Source: the human T2T-CHM13v2.0 reference genome, Homo sapiens
NCBI RefSeq assembly: GCF_009914755.1
Contig: NC_060929.1
Strand: one strand, 5' to 3'
Length of the DNA stretch: 64,000 nucleotides
Shown here: piece after piece, positions 13,825-29,136 of the stretch
How the letters are laid out: every line of letters begins with the position of its first letter
How positions within the stretch are numbered: position 1 is the stretch's first letter
The notes under the pieces: generated by a model
Databases searched by the model: none
Seen by the model: the letters and a program-made list of their open reading frames with translations, nothing else
Told to the model about the DNA's origin: nothing
Translations under genes and position numbers: made by a program

Positions 13825-14700
13825 TTTAAAAATACTTGAAATAACTGAGATAATTGCAGATTCATGTGCAGTTATTAGAAACAGAGAAATCCTGTGTACC
13901 TTTTATCCAGTTTCCCCCAATGATAACAGCTTGCAAAACTAAGTGTCCTTTCACAACCAGGATATTGACATTGATACAATCCATCTATCTTACTCTGATT
14001 CCTCAGGAAGTGCGAGCCAGCAATCGGCGGTCAGTTGGATAGCAGGACGGCAAAATGGAGAAATGGTCATCAACACTACGGTGTCATTAAATAAATATAT
14101 ATAGTACTTATTTATATGGTGTGTGTGTGTGTCCGTGCGTGTGCATGCATGTAAGAAATTTATATAAATAAATATAAATAGTACTTATTTATATGGTGTG
14201 TGTGTATGTGTGTATGGCACACACGCCTTTAGTTCTATACATTTATCACATTTGTAGGCTCATGTGTCCACTTACCAACCACCACCAGTCAAGGTACTGC
14301 ATCACCACAAGGATCCCTTATGTTGCCCTTTTAAAACCACACCTACCCTACCTCCTCCCCCATCCCTAATACCCAGCAATTATTCATCTGTTCTCCATTT
14401 CTAAGCTTTTGTCATTTTAATGCCATATAAATAGAATTATATTGTATGCAATCTTTTAGAATTGGATCTTTTCACTCAGCATAATTCCCTTGAGATTCAC
14501 CCAAGTTTTTGCATGTATTGATGGTTTATTCCTTTTCGTTGCTGAGAGCAATCCACAGTATGGATGTACTACAGTTTATTTAATTTACCAGCTGAAAGAT
14601 ATCTGTGTTGGTTGGGGCTCTTACAAATAAAGCATCTTTTACTAAAGTATCTTCTATTTATTAAAAATAAAGCTGCTAAGAACATTTGTGTACTCCTCTT
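13825..14700 (-). mobile_element. Old L1M (L1MB/MC-type) 3' fragment with internal insertion
   Basis: caggatattgacattgatacaatcc.. and ctttttcactcagcataattcccttgagattcacccaag motifs typical of reverse-strand L1M 3' ends. Confidence 0.7.
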
Positions 14701-15084
14701 TTCTTTCTGATCAGGAATTGATATAGACGCTCCTACCTGACTGAAGCCCTTGTTCCTGCTGTGGCAAGCATGACTTGTCACCACACTGTCCTTTCTATGC
14801 CAACTCCTAGTGGCTGTAGATACTCTGTCCAGATGCTCCCCCACGGACATTTATCTCTAAGTAGGCACCTCCCAAGCCTTTCCCCTTAAAGAAATACAAC
14901 AGAACAAGCATGAGTTAGGGAACCAGAAAACCTAGACTCACTCTGCAAGAGCTCTGCCATGTATAGTTGTGAAATCTTGAGCAAGTCGCTTAACCCTCTG
15001 AATCTCTATCATACTCATCATAATAAAATAACTAATAGTTGTTGAGGTTTCTTTACCAACAGCTTATAGTGACAGTGCAATGAA

Positions 15085-15550
15085 ATAGTGAAAAGCAGGA
15101 ACTCTGGTACCAAGCTGCCTGACTTTAAATCCTGGTTCTACCACTTGTTGGCTCTGTGACCCCAGGTAAGTTACTTAACCTCTCTATGCCTCAGTTTTTC
15201 CATCTATAAATAGGCATGTCAACAGTACCTGTCTCATGGGGTTGTTGTGAGGATTGAATTAATACATATAATTAATACATGTAATGCATGTTCAGAACAA
15301 TGCCTGGCATAGTGCTTATGAGTTCATGAGCATAAGCTCATCTTGTTATGTGGCAGGCACTGTTCTAAGCACTTTATGTAATTATTTTGTTTAATCCTAT
15401 CAATAACTATAAAACAAGTGTTGTTATGAGATTGATTTTACAGATAACAAAATTGAATTAAGGGAGTAAGTCACTTGCTCATGGTCACAGGCCTGGAAGA
15501 TGAGGGAGCTGAGATTCCTTTTTGAGCCTGTCTTTGCTCTTAACTTCTAC
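15085..15550. mobile_element. Two adjacent MIRs in opposite orientation
   Basis: gcctcagttttccatctataaaatagg core, then ggcactgttctaagcacttt..tttacagataacaaaattga core. Confidence 0.65.
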
Positions 15551-15913
15551 ACCCTCCTGGCAGCTCATAAACTGGGAGTGCCATTGCCTGGCCTCACAGA
15601 GCAGTTGTGAGGATTACAAAGAAAAATGTACCCCATGATGCTTGGTATTCAAACTGCTCTATACATGTTAGTTTCCTCTTTTAACAACCGGTGGCTGATG
15701 TACAGTAGATGATTCTGTAGTTCCATACATAGCAGAAATTGGCCCCTTAAGACATAAATCACCAAAACAAAGGTAGCAATTTGAAGATATTGACAGATGC
15801 ATCTACAAACATTTGCAATGCTTACCTGACTCAACAATCACAACCAGATTTGGGACATGTCCATCCAACTCAACCACAATTCATTACAACCAAGCAGCTG
15901 TCTCACTTCTTTT

Positions 15914-16226
15914 TGTTGCAAGACAAGCAAGCCCCAAAATTGCCCAGGAGCATTTTTGGCTTTTCCCAGGAAAGACGGCTCTTAAAAGAGCCCTTGGCTC
16001 TGCAGCTTTGATCACCATAGTGCTGATGACCATTTCTCCATTTTGCCATCCTACTATCCAACTGACCGCTGATTGCTGGCTCCCACTTCCTTGTCAGTCA
16101 CCATCTCTCACCATCTCTCGTCATCTTGCCTCTCCACCAATCTCTATTGCCACTGTCCCCACCGTCTTATTGCTGAATTGGTCACTGCCTCCTGATCGCT
16201 GTATTCATCCCTTTGTGGTTGCTACA
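15914..16226 (-). mobile_element. ERV leader remnant fused to the last ~60 bp of the 3' LTR
   Basis: 15914-15973 repeats the LTR terminus at 16227 onward (tgttgca.gaca.gcaagccccaaaattg..gcccaggag); 15974-16226 is non-LTR internal sequence. Confidence 0.75.
16207..16224 (-). promoter_or_regulatory. Retroviral primer-binding site, tRNA-Arg type
   Basis: + strand atccctttgtggttgcta versus tRNA-Arg(TCG)-type 3' end ATCCCTTCGTGGTTGCCA (2 C>T differences, tRNA sequence from memory); 2 nt from the LTR end. Confidence 0.7.
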
Positions 16227-16703
16227 TGTTGCAGGACAGGCAAGCCCCAAAATTGGGGCTTAGCCCAGGAGGGATTTTGCTTCACCTGGGAAAGAACTCA
16301 AGGGTGAGCCAGTGGTGTTAGACAGTGATCATTTATTGAATGGTACTGCTCCTTGCAGGGCAGGGTTCATGGGCAATGCGCCCAGAGTTGGTACTTGTGG
16401 GCTGCTGGCTAGCTGTATTTATATCCATTTTTAATTACCTGCAAATTAAGGGGCAGGTTATTCAGAAATTTCTAGAAAGGGGGTGGTAATTTCTGAGTTG
16501 TTACCATGGCATTTGTAAACTGTCATGGCGTTGGTGGGAGTGTCTTATGCCAATGAGCAATGAGGGCAACTAGAGATCACCTTTGTCACCATCTGCTGGT
16601 TTCTGCTGGTTTTTTAAACTTTACCCTATCTGGACCAGTTCCTGTCCAGAATAGAACAGCAGGGTGGTGACCAGAAAACAAGTCCTGCTGGTCTCTTACC
16701 TCA
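16227..16703 (-). mobile_element. ERV1 (MER4-group, MER66-like) 5' LTR
   Basis: Minus-strand TGAGGTAAGAGACCAGCAGGACTTG..CTGCAACA with TG/CA termini; AATAAA at about 16333-16338 on the minus strand; followed by a PBS. Confidence 0.8.
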
Positions 16704-18895
16704 CTTTCTCAGAGGGCTTTGCAGCTACAATGCAGAGACTGCTCAGCCACTGGCACGAGTGTGAGCTCCTCTGGGACAGGAATCACATATTCTGCATTTT
16801 GTTCTCCCAGCCCTTAACCCAGTTGTCTGGGAAGGAGTAACCTCTCAGTATATGTGCAGAAACCCAGTAAGATTCTGGTATAACACAGAGAACCCCATGC
16901 CAGGGATCAGAAGACCTGGGTTCAGGTCCAACTGAGCCTCCTACCAACAGTGTGACTTTGGGAGAGTCACTTCCTCCTATGAGGCATCAACATCCCTAGC
17001 AGTGAAATGAGAAGTTTCAACCATATACACTCTGGAGTCCCTCCCAGCTCTATATTCTCTGCTGGTAGCAAAACAGTAGGCCACTCTTTGTTTTTTGCTT
17101 TTAGCTTTAGTTCCTTTTCCCCTGCCTCCTCCTTCCTTTTCTTCTTTTATTTTTTCCTTTTCTTTCAGTCAGTCAACAAACATTTCCTACTACATGCCAG
17201 ACCCTATGTCAGAAGCTGGGAACTCAATGGTAAGCAATATAAATGCAGAAAAAAAAGTACTTAAGTGTTTGTTGATTTACTGAATACTATAACTGCATAC
17301 TATTCAATTCTTATTTTGAATGTTTGCTTGAACATACAAGCTAATTTTGCAGTTTCTATTGCTCTCAATGATATGCCAATGAGAAGTAAAGGAAGACCCA
17401 GTTGTAATGAACACTTAAGAGAAGTCCTACAATTCCGACATAAGCAGCTACAGAAATTATGTAGACACTTCAGGTTTAAACAGGTTTGGCTGAAACTGCC
17501 AAGGTCACTGCAACAGTTAGCCAGGTGAGGATGGCTGGTAGAAACTCTGTAGCAAACTACCTCCATTCCAACTTACAAATGCGCTTTAAAAAATTAAACA
17601 TATTGGTACATTCACAGTCAAGTTGGGAAAATGACTTCTTTTGTAATGTAGCTTTTTACACCATTTGATGTTTTGGAGTGAAATCCCCCCTCCCTTCAAG
17701 AGTATGACGCTTTATCAGATTCCATATGTGAGAACTTGGTGTGAGCCCCCCTCCCCTTGGGACTGTTACATTAAACCTTATCAGACTCCCCATATGCGAA
17801 TTACCAAGTTACCGACCTCAACTACTGGACTTCAAAAATACATATACACTCAAGAGTTTAACAGACACCAGGAGAGCTTAGGCAGAGCTACACTCGTCAG
17901 CCACCTCTCCAAACACAGAGAGCTCAGACTCTGTGCTCTGTCATCCTGTGACAGGATGACACCCTGTAGCCTTCATGCTAATCTCTGAAGACTGGCCCTA
18001 GAGGGACCTCACCTGTCGCATGTGTCTCCACTGTGGTCAACCCAGCTTCCACCTAAAACCACTTGTAGAAAGGTGTATCTCAAACATTAACTAGACTTAC
18101 TCTCCACAGAGGTCTGCTCCTATCCTAATTGAGCAACTAGACTTTTAATAATTTTGGAACTCACTTACTATATGGTTAACATACCTCTTCTATACAGTAT
18201 ATTCCCTGTGAGGTTTGTGCTCATTATTCTCCCCCTCTTTAAGCATTGTGAAGCTACAACATTCTCTATGGAAATAACCTATGTGATTTGTGAAACCATA
18301 CTTTGATCACCTATTTCCACTATACAGAACAGCTTTATAACTCACTTGAGAGCACAGAATGGCTAATGTATACAGAAAGAGACAAATGTGGGACTGACAC
18401 AAGTAGAAATAGATGATGGTTTCACTCAATTTGCAGTTTCTGTATCTGTTCTTATAAGGGTAGGCCAGTCAGACACTTAAATGTCTGGTAAGTTCAACAT
18501 TGACTTGTGAGGGTGAAGTGACAGCTATAATGAATCTTTCTTTGCTTTTAGCTCAAAGGACAAATGAGTTGAGAGAATATTCAGATTTTTAAAAAAATTG
18601 TCTTTAGGACTTGCCTGGGGAAATGATAATTAAACATGAAGGGCCTTTGGGATTTGGCTGGACGATACAGTAACAGGGAAGGATGGGCTTCAAGTTAAGT
18701 AGGGAGGACCGAATGAACTAGTGTTTGAGGAACATCAAGGATATACTCAGAGAGTCAGACCAGTGGGCAAGTTTTCAAAATTCTCTTCATACAGTTGCCA
18801 GAGGCCTTTATGACATGTTAACTAAGAGGCTTATTATTTTTAGAACTTTCTCATTTCTCAAATGCTTTTTAAGTCTTTTATGAAAAGAGATATCA

Positions 18896-19335
<440 letters not shown>

Positions 19336-20916
19336 TCAGGTTTAAAATTCAGAACACCTCTAGAAATACAGAAAAATGTCTATTTCTCAAATGGAGATAT
19401 CAATAGCAACTACCTATAAAATAGCTCTCCCTCAAAAAGGTCTTTCACTAAAAACAAGTACAAAAGAAAGCATCCTTTTTCAGCAGTAGGAACCCACAAG
19501 ATCTTGTTCTTTGATTACAGGATTGAAAAATTCACATTTGTACACCTAGCACTGATTTCAGATTCATAGTAATGCCATCTATAAAAATTACAATTTCACA
19601 TTTCAGAGGCCTGCCAACCTGGATATCTATGCTTAAAAAAAAAAAAAAAAACTATCAAAAGCAAGTAAGGAAAATATAGCTTGTCCTTAACACATTTCTA
19701 AGGTATTATGCAAAGGAAAATAAAAATTGTTTCATAGAGGTTTCTACTTCTTTCAGATCAAATTAATAAAGTCTCTCTTAATCACAGCCTTTTAAAATCT
19801 CAATAGTAGGAAAAGACACATTTACCCTAGCAATACCTGAACATTTCACTTATTAAGGTTTTAAGTGAATTGGAAAGGCATATATTAGTAATTAGTGGTA
19901 AATCTTAGACACCAAAAATTTAAAAGGAAAATAGTACCAAAAGTGTAGCTGTTAACAAAAAACTAAAACACTGTAACTACCCCAAATAAAATAATGAAGC
20001 ACATACTATCCAAAAACCATCACCATAATCCAGCAAGTTCCAAAGTGATCCCTGAATTTACCTACTCATCTGTCATGAATGTTTATGTTTCTCTATGTCT
20101 ACTGGATCAAGGAATCTTAATTCTTTTTCAGTATATTTTATGTGAAGAGTAGACAATTGTTACTCAGAATTGGGCCTTTCATCATTTCACTAGTGGTCCC
20201 TAACTCCATTAAAATAAATAAATATATATGGGGGGGTGGGGAAGATGAGAAAAAAAGAGTTAGTGAGTCATATTTACCTTATGTGAGACCTAATCTAAAA
20301 TTTGCCAAATTCAGGGCTGAAATCTGAATAGGTGTATAAAAAGAGTTGTTACTCTCTCCTTCATATGTATACCCCATTTCTTGAAAGAAAAACCTTAAAT
20401 ACATTTCTAGGTTAAGGATTTAAAGCTGCCAAACTGCCATTGTACAAGAGGCTGAACAGACAGTAGGCAGAGTGACCAGTTTCTAAACTTTGCCCTCAAG
20501 GGATACAGGTTCAGACACATCAACCAAGCTTGAGGCAACAATTCAGAACTGGTGACACCAGCCTTTGTAACCAGAAGGCAACTGTTTTTCTGAAACTTCA
20601 GAAATATTCAAGCTGGAAAGGGTGAAATTTGTCTTTAAAAAGGAATATTCAAAAACTTTCTGATCATATTAAGACAGAATATAGGCAGAGTAACATTGTA
20701 GTGCTGTTGGTATACCTTTTTAAACCAAATTTATTTCTCTTCCTTGCTTACTAACTGACTCCTGCCCCAAAGAAGATTACGTAGAAACAGTCTTTATACT
20801 AATCTATGTTATGGCTTTGCTTTGCTATTTTTTTTTTTTTTTTTTGGTCTAAGTAAGATATTAGGGCTCGTGTTTACAAAAGTAAATGAAAGGATCAAAT
20901 AACATGATTAATACAT

Positions 20917-20922
20917 TTTATT
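20917..20922 (-). terminator. Candidate proximal polyadenylation signal AATAAA
   Basis: tttatt on the + strand, followed on the minus strand by U/GU-rich sequence. Confidence 0.55.
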
Positions 20923-22110
20923 ACAAAGGTTTTAGAAGATGAGGGGCAGAGCTAACAAATTACCTTAATCATTAAAAAACCACAAAGTTGGAGAATTTTT
21001 TTAAAAAGAGTGGATACCAAAATAGCTTTTAGGAAGACGACAGCTTAATAGTCTCTTAAATTGCTGAAGAGAGCAAAAGAAAGCTTAAGATCTGGAGGAT
21101 AAAAGTTATATCAAAAACATGCTAAAGAATACATTAAAACAAACAAAAAGGAAAGAGGAAAAAATAAACTATGCCTTAGAAGTTAAATCCTATCATAAAT
21201 GAACATCATTTCTAAAGGACTATGGCCCACTTCAACACTCAAACAAAAAAATCCTCATTGCTAAAACAGCTTCAACATTCCTTTGGAGTTTGCTGTTAAA
21301 GAATTTATCCTGCATATATGGTAGACACGAAACACATCCTGAAGAGACTCAGAATATCTGCAAACATAAAACTGCTTCTCTAAATTGCATTTACTGGCCT
21401 TGAATCCAGTAGAGTAGGGTTCAGCTATGACATGAAGTGTGTCATCCTGGGGAGGGGGAGCAATTTGAAGAAAAAGGGCACTTTGCTACAGTTAATTCAC
21501 ATGGCTATAATAGTCTACAAGTTTCTCCTCAATGCCAAATATCTACTAAGAATTTAAAAAAGCAGATGAAACTTTCTATTTCCAAGAATTCATGTGATAA
21601 AGGGTAATCATCACAGAGTTTACATATGCTCAGTTTTCTTAAAGCCATAGATTTTATTCCAGAAAGGAGAAAGTACATGGCATTAATAAACCACACATGC
21701 CATGAATTTTAGAACACTAAATTATTTTTCTCTGGCTTATCAACCAGTTATATCCATGGGCTGCAAATTATATCCATGACAAAATTGATAACATTTTGCA
21801 ACATGTCAAAGAAAGACCAACATTTTTGCCTGAGTGTCCCACTAATCTTTATCTAGAGTTATTATTCTTGGACTTTCTACAAAAGTTTCTTTTCAAATAA
21901 TTTATGAATTACAACAACTGGAAAGAATACTGTGAGAACCTGAATACTTCAATCAAACACTGAAGGCAACAATCTTCCTCTTTAAACCATCTCTCCTGCC
22001 TGAATTTTTATATACTAAAATAACCCCACTCCTTCATTTCTGCAGGAGTAGCCAGAATAAGGTGGCATTCCTTGGCCGTCACAAGTCCCAGGTCAAAACG
22101 TCTCCATTCT

Positions 22111-22287
<177 letters not shown>

Positions 22288-24053
22288 TTAAAAGAGAAGA
22301 TATACTGTAAGGCAACAGGGGAACAGATTAATTTTTGTAATCTAACTGAATTCATAGCCTGGCAAGTAAGAGCAGTGACTTGGCCATTTTGGTAAACTCT
22401 ATTATAGGGAGAAGAATTTAGCTCTTAAGATGATATGAGCACCAAAAGAGAATGTCAGCATTTTGTACAACTTGCCCATCAGACATGGTAGCTTTTCTTT
22501 GGCAACATGGTCAGACTTGGCATTCAAAGCTTATTTATTCCTTTATTGAGTAGGGTAGATTCTGTCACAATATTGTGGTCAATTACTGAAAGAGGCTTTC
22601 AGAAGGCTATAAATCCTACACCTATAGAATTTCTAGCCCATTATGATAGCTCTTTTTCCATGGACTCAATGCGATCAGTGAGCACAATAACTGCTCACAC
22701 ACATAAACATCTTTCACACATATACTGCTTTCAAAGATGACAGTATAGATATATTTCTATCTTGAACAACATTTTTCAGAAGTGTTAGAGAATCATTACC
22801 CTCAGTTTGCTGGACTTCATTTATACTGAAAAGCCCTCACCTTTCAAAAGAATATCAACAGAGAGCTCATTAAGATAAAAATGTATAATTTCGAAGACAA
22901 GAGTGTTTCAAATCTGTATCCAAAAAAAAAATCCACTAAAAATAATAGGGAGCCCATATCAAGTGATATTACCTTTTTAAAATTTATCAATGGCAAGTAC
23001 TATTTAAAATTCAGTGTGACATTTAATACTCAATTTCCCACACAAAAGGGACCTCAGATATCGTCTAGTTAAATCTCTTATGTTGCACATGAAAATAACG
23101 AAGTTTGTCAGAGTCACACAACAAATCAAGGAAGATCCAGGGCAACACGGGGCTCCTGGTTTACAAAGTCTTTTCTACTGCACCACTCTGCCATTTACTA
23201 AATCACAAACTTATATTTTTAAAAATTATTACAATGATCAAAATAGTTTCCCTGACTACTTGATTAAAACTGTGTAATTAAAGAATTAAAATCATTTCCT
23301 TGATGGTAATGTCAAAAGAATTTAAAACTAGAGAAGTAAGAGTTTGGTAGTTAAAACATTTTTTCAATTAACATCTAAAACTTAACTATCAAATATATTT
23401 TCTCCCCCCAGACTTACATAAACATGTTTTAAACAAATCATCAAAAAGTCTATGTTGTCTGCACAGTTAGTTTACAAGGTAGAGTTCTTAAAACATGGAA
23501 TCCAGAAAACATCACATAGGGAGGTAATATAATCAGTCACAGGATCCTCTTTTCCATTGACTTAAACCATCTACCTTCTCAAATCTAATGGAATGATGAG
23601 GATAATGTAAACACTACCTTTCTGACAAAACAAAGCATGATTTCCTGGCAAGGAAATGACAACATGTTTTGTTTTGTAACAAACCTCTGCATAAACTTTA
23701 GTCCTAAATTAGGAAGCAGTGCTTACCTGTTTATAATTTTCAGCCCTTCATGTTTACCAGCTGGTATTCAGAAGGTGTTTCATTACTGTGAACCGTCCAT
23801 TAAGCTGTCAAGGATTAGTACTAAGTAATGACAATCTACTGCTTCTTCCAGTACCCTGCAGCTTCAACTGTATGCTTTCTAATTAATAAGGAAGGAATAC
23901 ACATCAAATATACACTATTTCTGTCATATCTACATCAATATGGCTAAACTACCAATATGGTGAATAAAATAAAAAAGCCAAAAGCAAAAGGCTTCAGAAG
24001 AGTTAATTATACGTAATACCTTTGGAGTCAGAGACTTAAAAACAATTACTAAC

Positions 24054-24107
24054 CTCTAGAAATACTGCAGTGATTAATGGGTTAAGGACATCTGCCATTT
24101 CTTTGAC
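24054..24107 (-). CDS. FAM114A2: FAM114A2 coding exon 13 (54 nt)
   Basis: TTCCAG acceptor, GAG|GTTAGT donor; VKEMADVLNPLITAVFLE. Confidence 0.94.
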
Positions 24108-25169
24108 CTGGAATAACGAATACATTTTTAAGTGAGCAGAGTAGGTTAAATAACAGTAAGTGGAGTACGATCACACTTTAAAACACACACACACACCCAT
24201 ACATAAATATTAAATATAAGCACAGAAGTCTGGACTGAGAGCAAAATGTCATCTTTAGAATGGAAATTCTAAGTGTTTTAAACTTCTTTCTTAATATCTT
24301 TCTGTGCTATCCATATTGACAGTGTATTGTTTTATACCTTTTTATTGACTTTAAAAAGTATCTTCATTTGACCACAAAACCTTAGAACCATTTTAAAACA
24401 AAACATGTAGATATGGAACATGTGCTCAAAAAACTCAAGGGTCTTTAACACAAGCTGTTTAGAAAAATCTTACAAATAAATAATGTAAATTTAATACTTG
24501 TATGTGTCAGCATCTTATAGTTGATATGCTGGCTTAAAGTATCTTTATGGAACACACAGAAAGATTTGGCCTTGTAAGATTAACTTCAGGAAACCCAGAT
24601 CCTTTTGTCAAGAAAATACTACAGGGAAAAGTGAAGCTGTACCAAAAGATTATCCTTTACAGGAATAATCTAAACTCAAATTTTAAAAAATTAACTTAGG
24701 CCATGGTCTTAATTAAAACAAATGTAATGTTCATGACTAGGGCTTTAAAATAAATAAATAAATAAAATTTAAGAACCCACAGTAATTTTGCTGCTACACT
24801 GACACTGATATACTTACTATAAAGTAATTTTCATTTGCTTGTTTAAAATGCTCTTGATTTTATCCCAACTCATTATTACTGGTTTCTCAATCATCTTCCA
24901 TAGCTCACACATCTTCATAAATTTTTACAATTCCAATTTTTAAAATCCCCAAAAGACTTTAGCTTTAACTACTTCTCTCCCACCGGCTGGCAACTGCATA
25001 CTGTGAGCACTGCCATAGTCTAAGTACAGAGTTGCTCTTTAAAACCAGAGTCAAAATCTGAAGTTTGAATTTTATCAAGGTCTATATTTCCATTATAGGT
25101 CTCAGAAGATAGCATAAAAAATACTGAAAACTTCATAAACAGAAGAAAACAAAAATTAATTAGAATTAG

Positions 25170-27063
<1,894 letters not shown>

Positions 27064-27468
27064 TTATATTTAACAATTGTCAGAAGAGAACAAATCACTT
27101 CTGGTACTAAATGTGAAAGAAGAAAGCTTTTCAAGGGAGTAAATACAGTATCCCCCCCTTATCTGTGGTTTCACTTTTTGCAGTTTCAGTTACTCATGGT
27201 CAACAATGATCTGAAAATAATAAATAAAAAATTCCAGAAATAAATAATTCATAAGTTTTTAATTGCACATCATCTTGAGTAGTGTGATGAAATCTCTCAT
27301 TGTTTTCTCCATCCCACCCAGGACATGAATCATCCCTTTGTCCAGCATATCCACAGAACCCACTCATTAGTCAGCTATTAATATTAGCCATCTCGGTTAT
27401 CAGACTGACTGTTGTGTTATCACAGTGCTTATGTTCAAGTAACCCTTATTTTACCTAATAATGGCCCC

Positions 27469-27964
27469 TGCTATGGTTTTGATATGTCCCCTCTAAAATT
27501 CATGTTGAAATTTGATTCCCAACATGGCAGTATTAGGAGGTGGGACCAAGTGGTAGGTGCCCTCATGAACAGATTAATGCAATATCACAGTAGTCAGTGA
27601 GTTCTCACTCTGGGGGGAATAAATTAGGTCCCAGAGAACACGTAGTTATAAAGCAAGTCCAGTCTTTCATGCAGGTCTCTTTGCACACATCCATTTGTCT
27701 TTCTGCTTCTTTACCATGTTGTGGAGCAGTACATGGCCCTCACCAGAAGTCAAGCAGATGCCACTGCTATGCTCTTGGACTTTCTAGCCACCAGAATCAT
27801 GAGCCAAATAAGCCTCTTTTCTTTGTAAATTACCCAGCCTCAGATATTCTGTTACAGTAACAGACTTTCTAGCCACCAGAATCATGAGCCAAATAAGCCT
27901 CTTTTCTTTGTAAATTACCCAGCCTCAGATATTCTGTTACAGTAACATTAAATGGGCTAAGGCA
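27469..27964. mobile_element. MST-type (ERVL-MaLR) solo LTR
   Basis: tgctatggttttgatatgtcccc..aatgggctaaggca termini; near 5-bp TSD gcccc/gaccc. Confidence 0.8.
27778..27947. repeat. Perfect 85-bp tandem duplication
   Basis: 27778-27862 is identical to 27863-27947. Confidence 0.97.
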
Positions 27965-28401
27965 GACCCAAAGCCCAAGAGTTGTGATGCTGGCAATTCA
28001 GATATGCCAAAGAGAAGCTATAAAGTGCTTCCTTGAAGTGAAAAGGTAAAAGATCTTCACTTAGTAAGAAAAACAAAAACATATGCTGAGGCAGCTAAAT
28101 CTACAATAAGAATGAATTTTCTATCCGTAAAACTGTGAGAAGGAGAAAGAAATCATGCTAGTTTTGCTGTTGCACCACTAACTGCAAAAGTTATAGTAAC
28201 AGTGTGTGATATGTACTAAGATGAAAAAAAGCAAACTACTCATCTGACAGGAGACTAATATCCAGAATATACAAGGAACTCAACAATAAAAGAAAATCTC
28301 ATTAAAAAATGGGCAAAGGACATGAATAGACATTTCTCAAAAGAAGACATACAAATGACCAACAGATACACGAAAAAATGCTCAACATCACTGATGTATC
28401 A

Positions 28402-28783
<382 letters not shown>

Positions 28784-29049
28784 ATTGATGCTGGCAACAA
28801 TTCCAAGAAAAGAGAATTCTTATACATTGTTAGAATGTAAATTAGTACAACCACTATGAAAACCAGTATGAAGATTTTTCAAAAAATAAAATGGAACTAC
28901 CAAACTACTGGGTATTTAGCCAAAGGAAAATAAATAAATAAATTATATCAAAGGGATACCTGCACCTGCATGTTTATTGCAGCACTATTCACAACAGCAA
29001 AGATATAGAATTAACCTAAGTCAGTTGAAAAATGGATAAAGAAAATGTG

Positions 29050-29136
29050 GTGTGTATGCGTGTGTGTGTATATATGTATGTGTGTGTATATATATGTGTG
29101 TGTATATATGTATATGTGTATACACACACACATATA
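29050..29136. repeat. (TG/TA/CA)n compound microsatellite
   Basis: Read directly from the sequence. Confidence 0.9.

Noticed and set aside
15813-16307. 164-aa ORF over the ERV remnant
   Set aside because: Antisense to the provirus, crosses the deletion junction, and shows no Gag/Pol/Env motifs.
17265-17988. Cluster of ORFs and a loosely repeated unit (ccccctccc..ttatcaga..ccatatg) that might be an exon or transposase relic
   Set aside because: No recognisable protein motif or convincing splice structure; the repeat is too degenerate to support.
20828-20845. A18 tract on the FAM114A2 strand as a transcript end or retrocopy tail
   Set aside because: Genomically encoded with no associated element; more likely an oligo-dT internal-priming artefact site.
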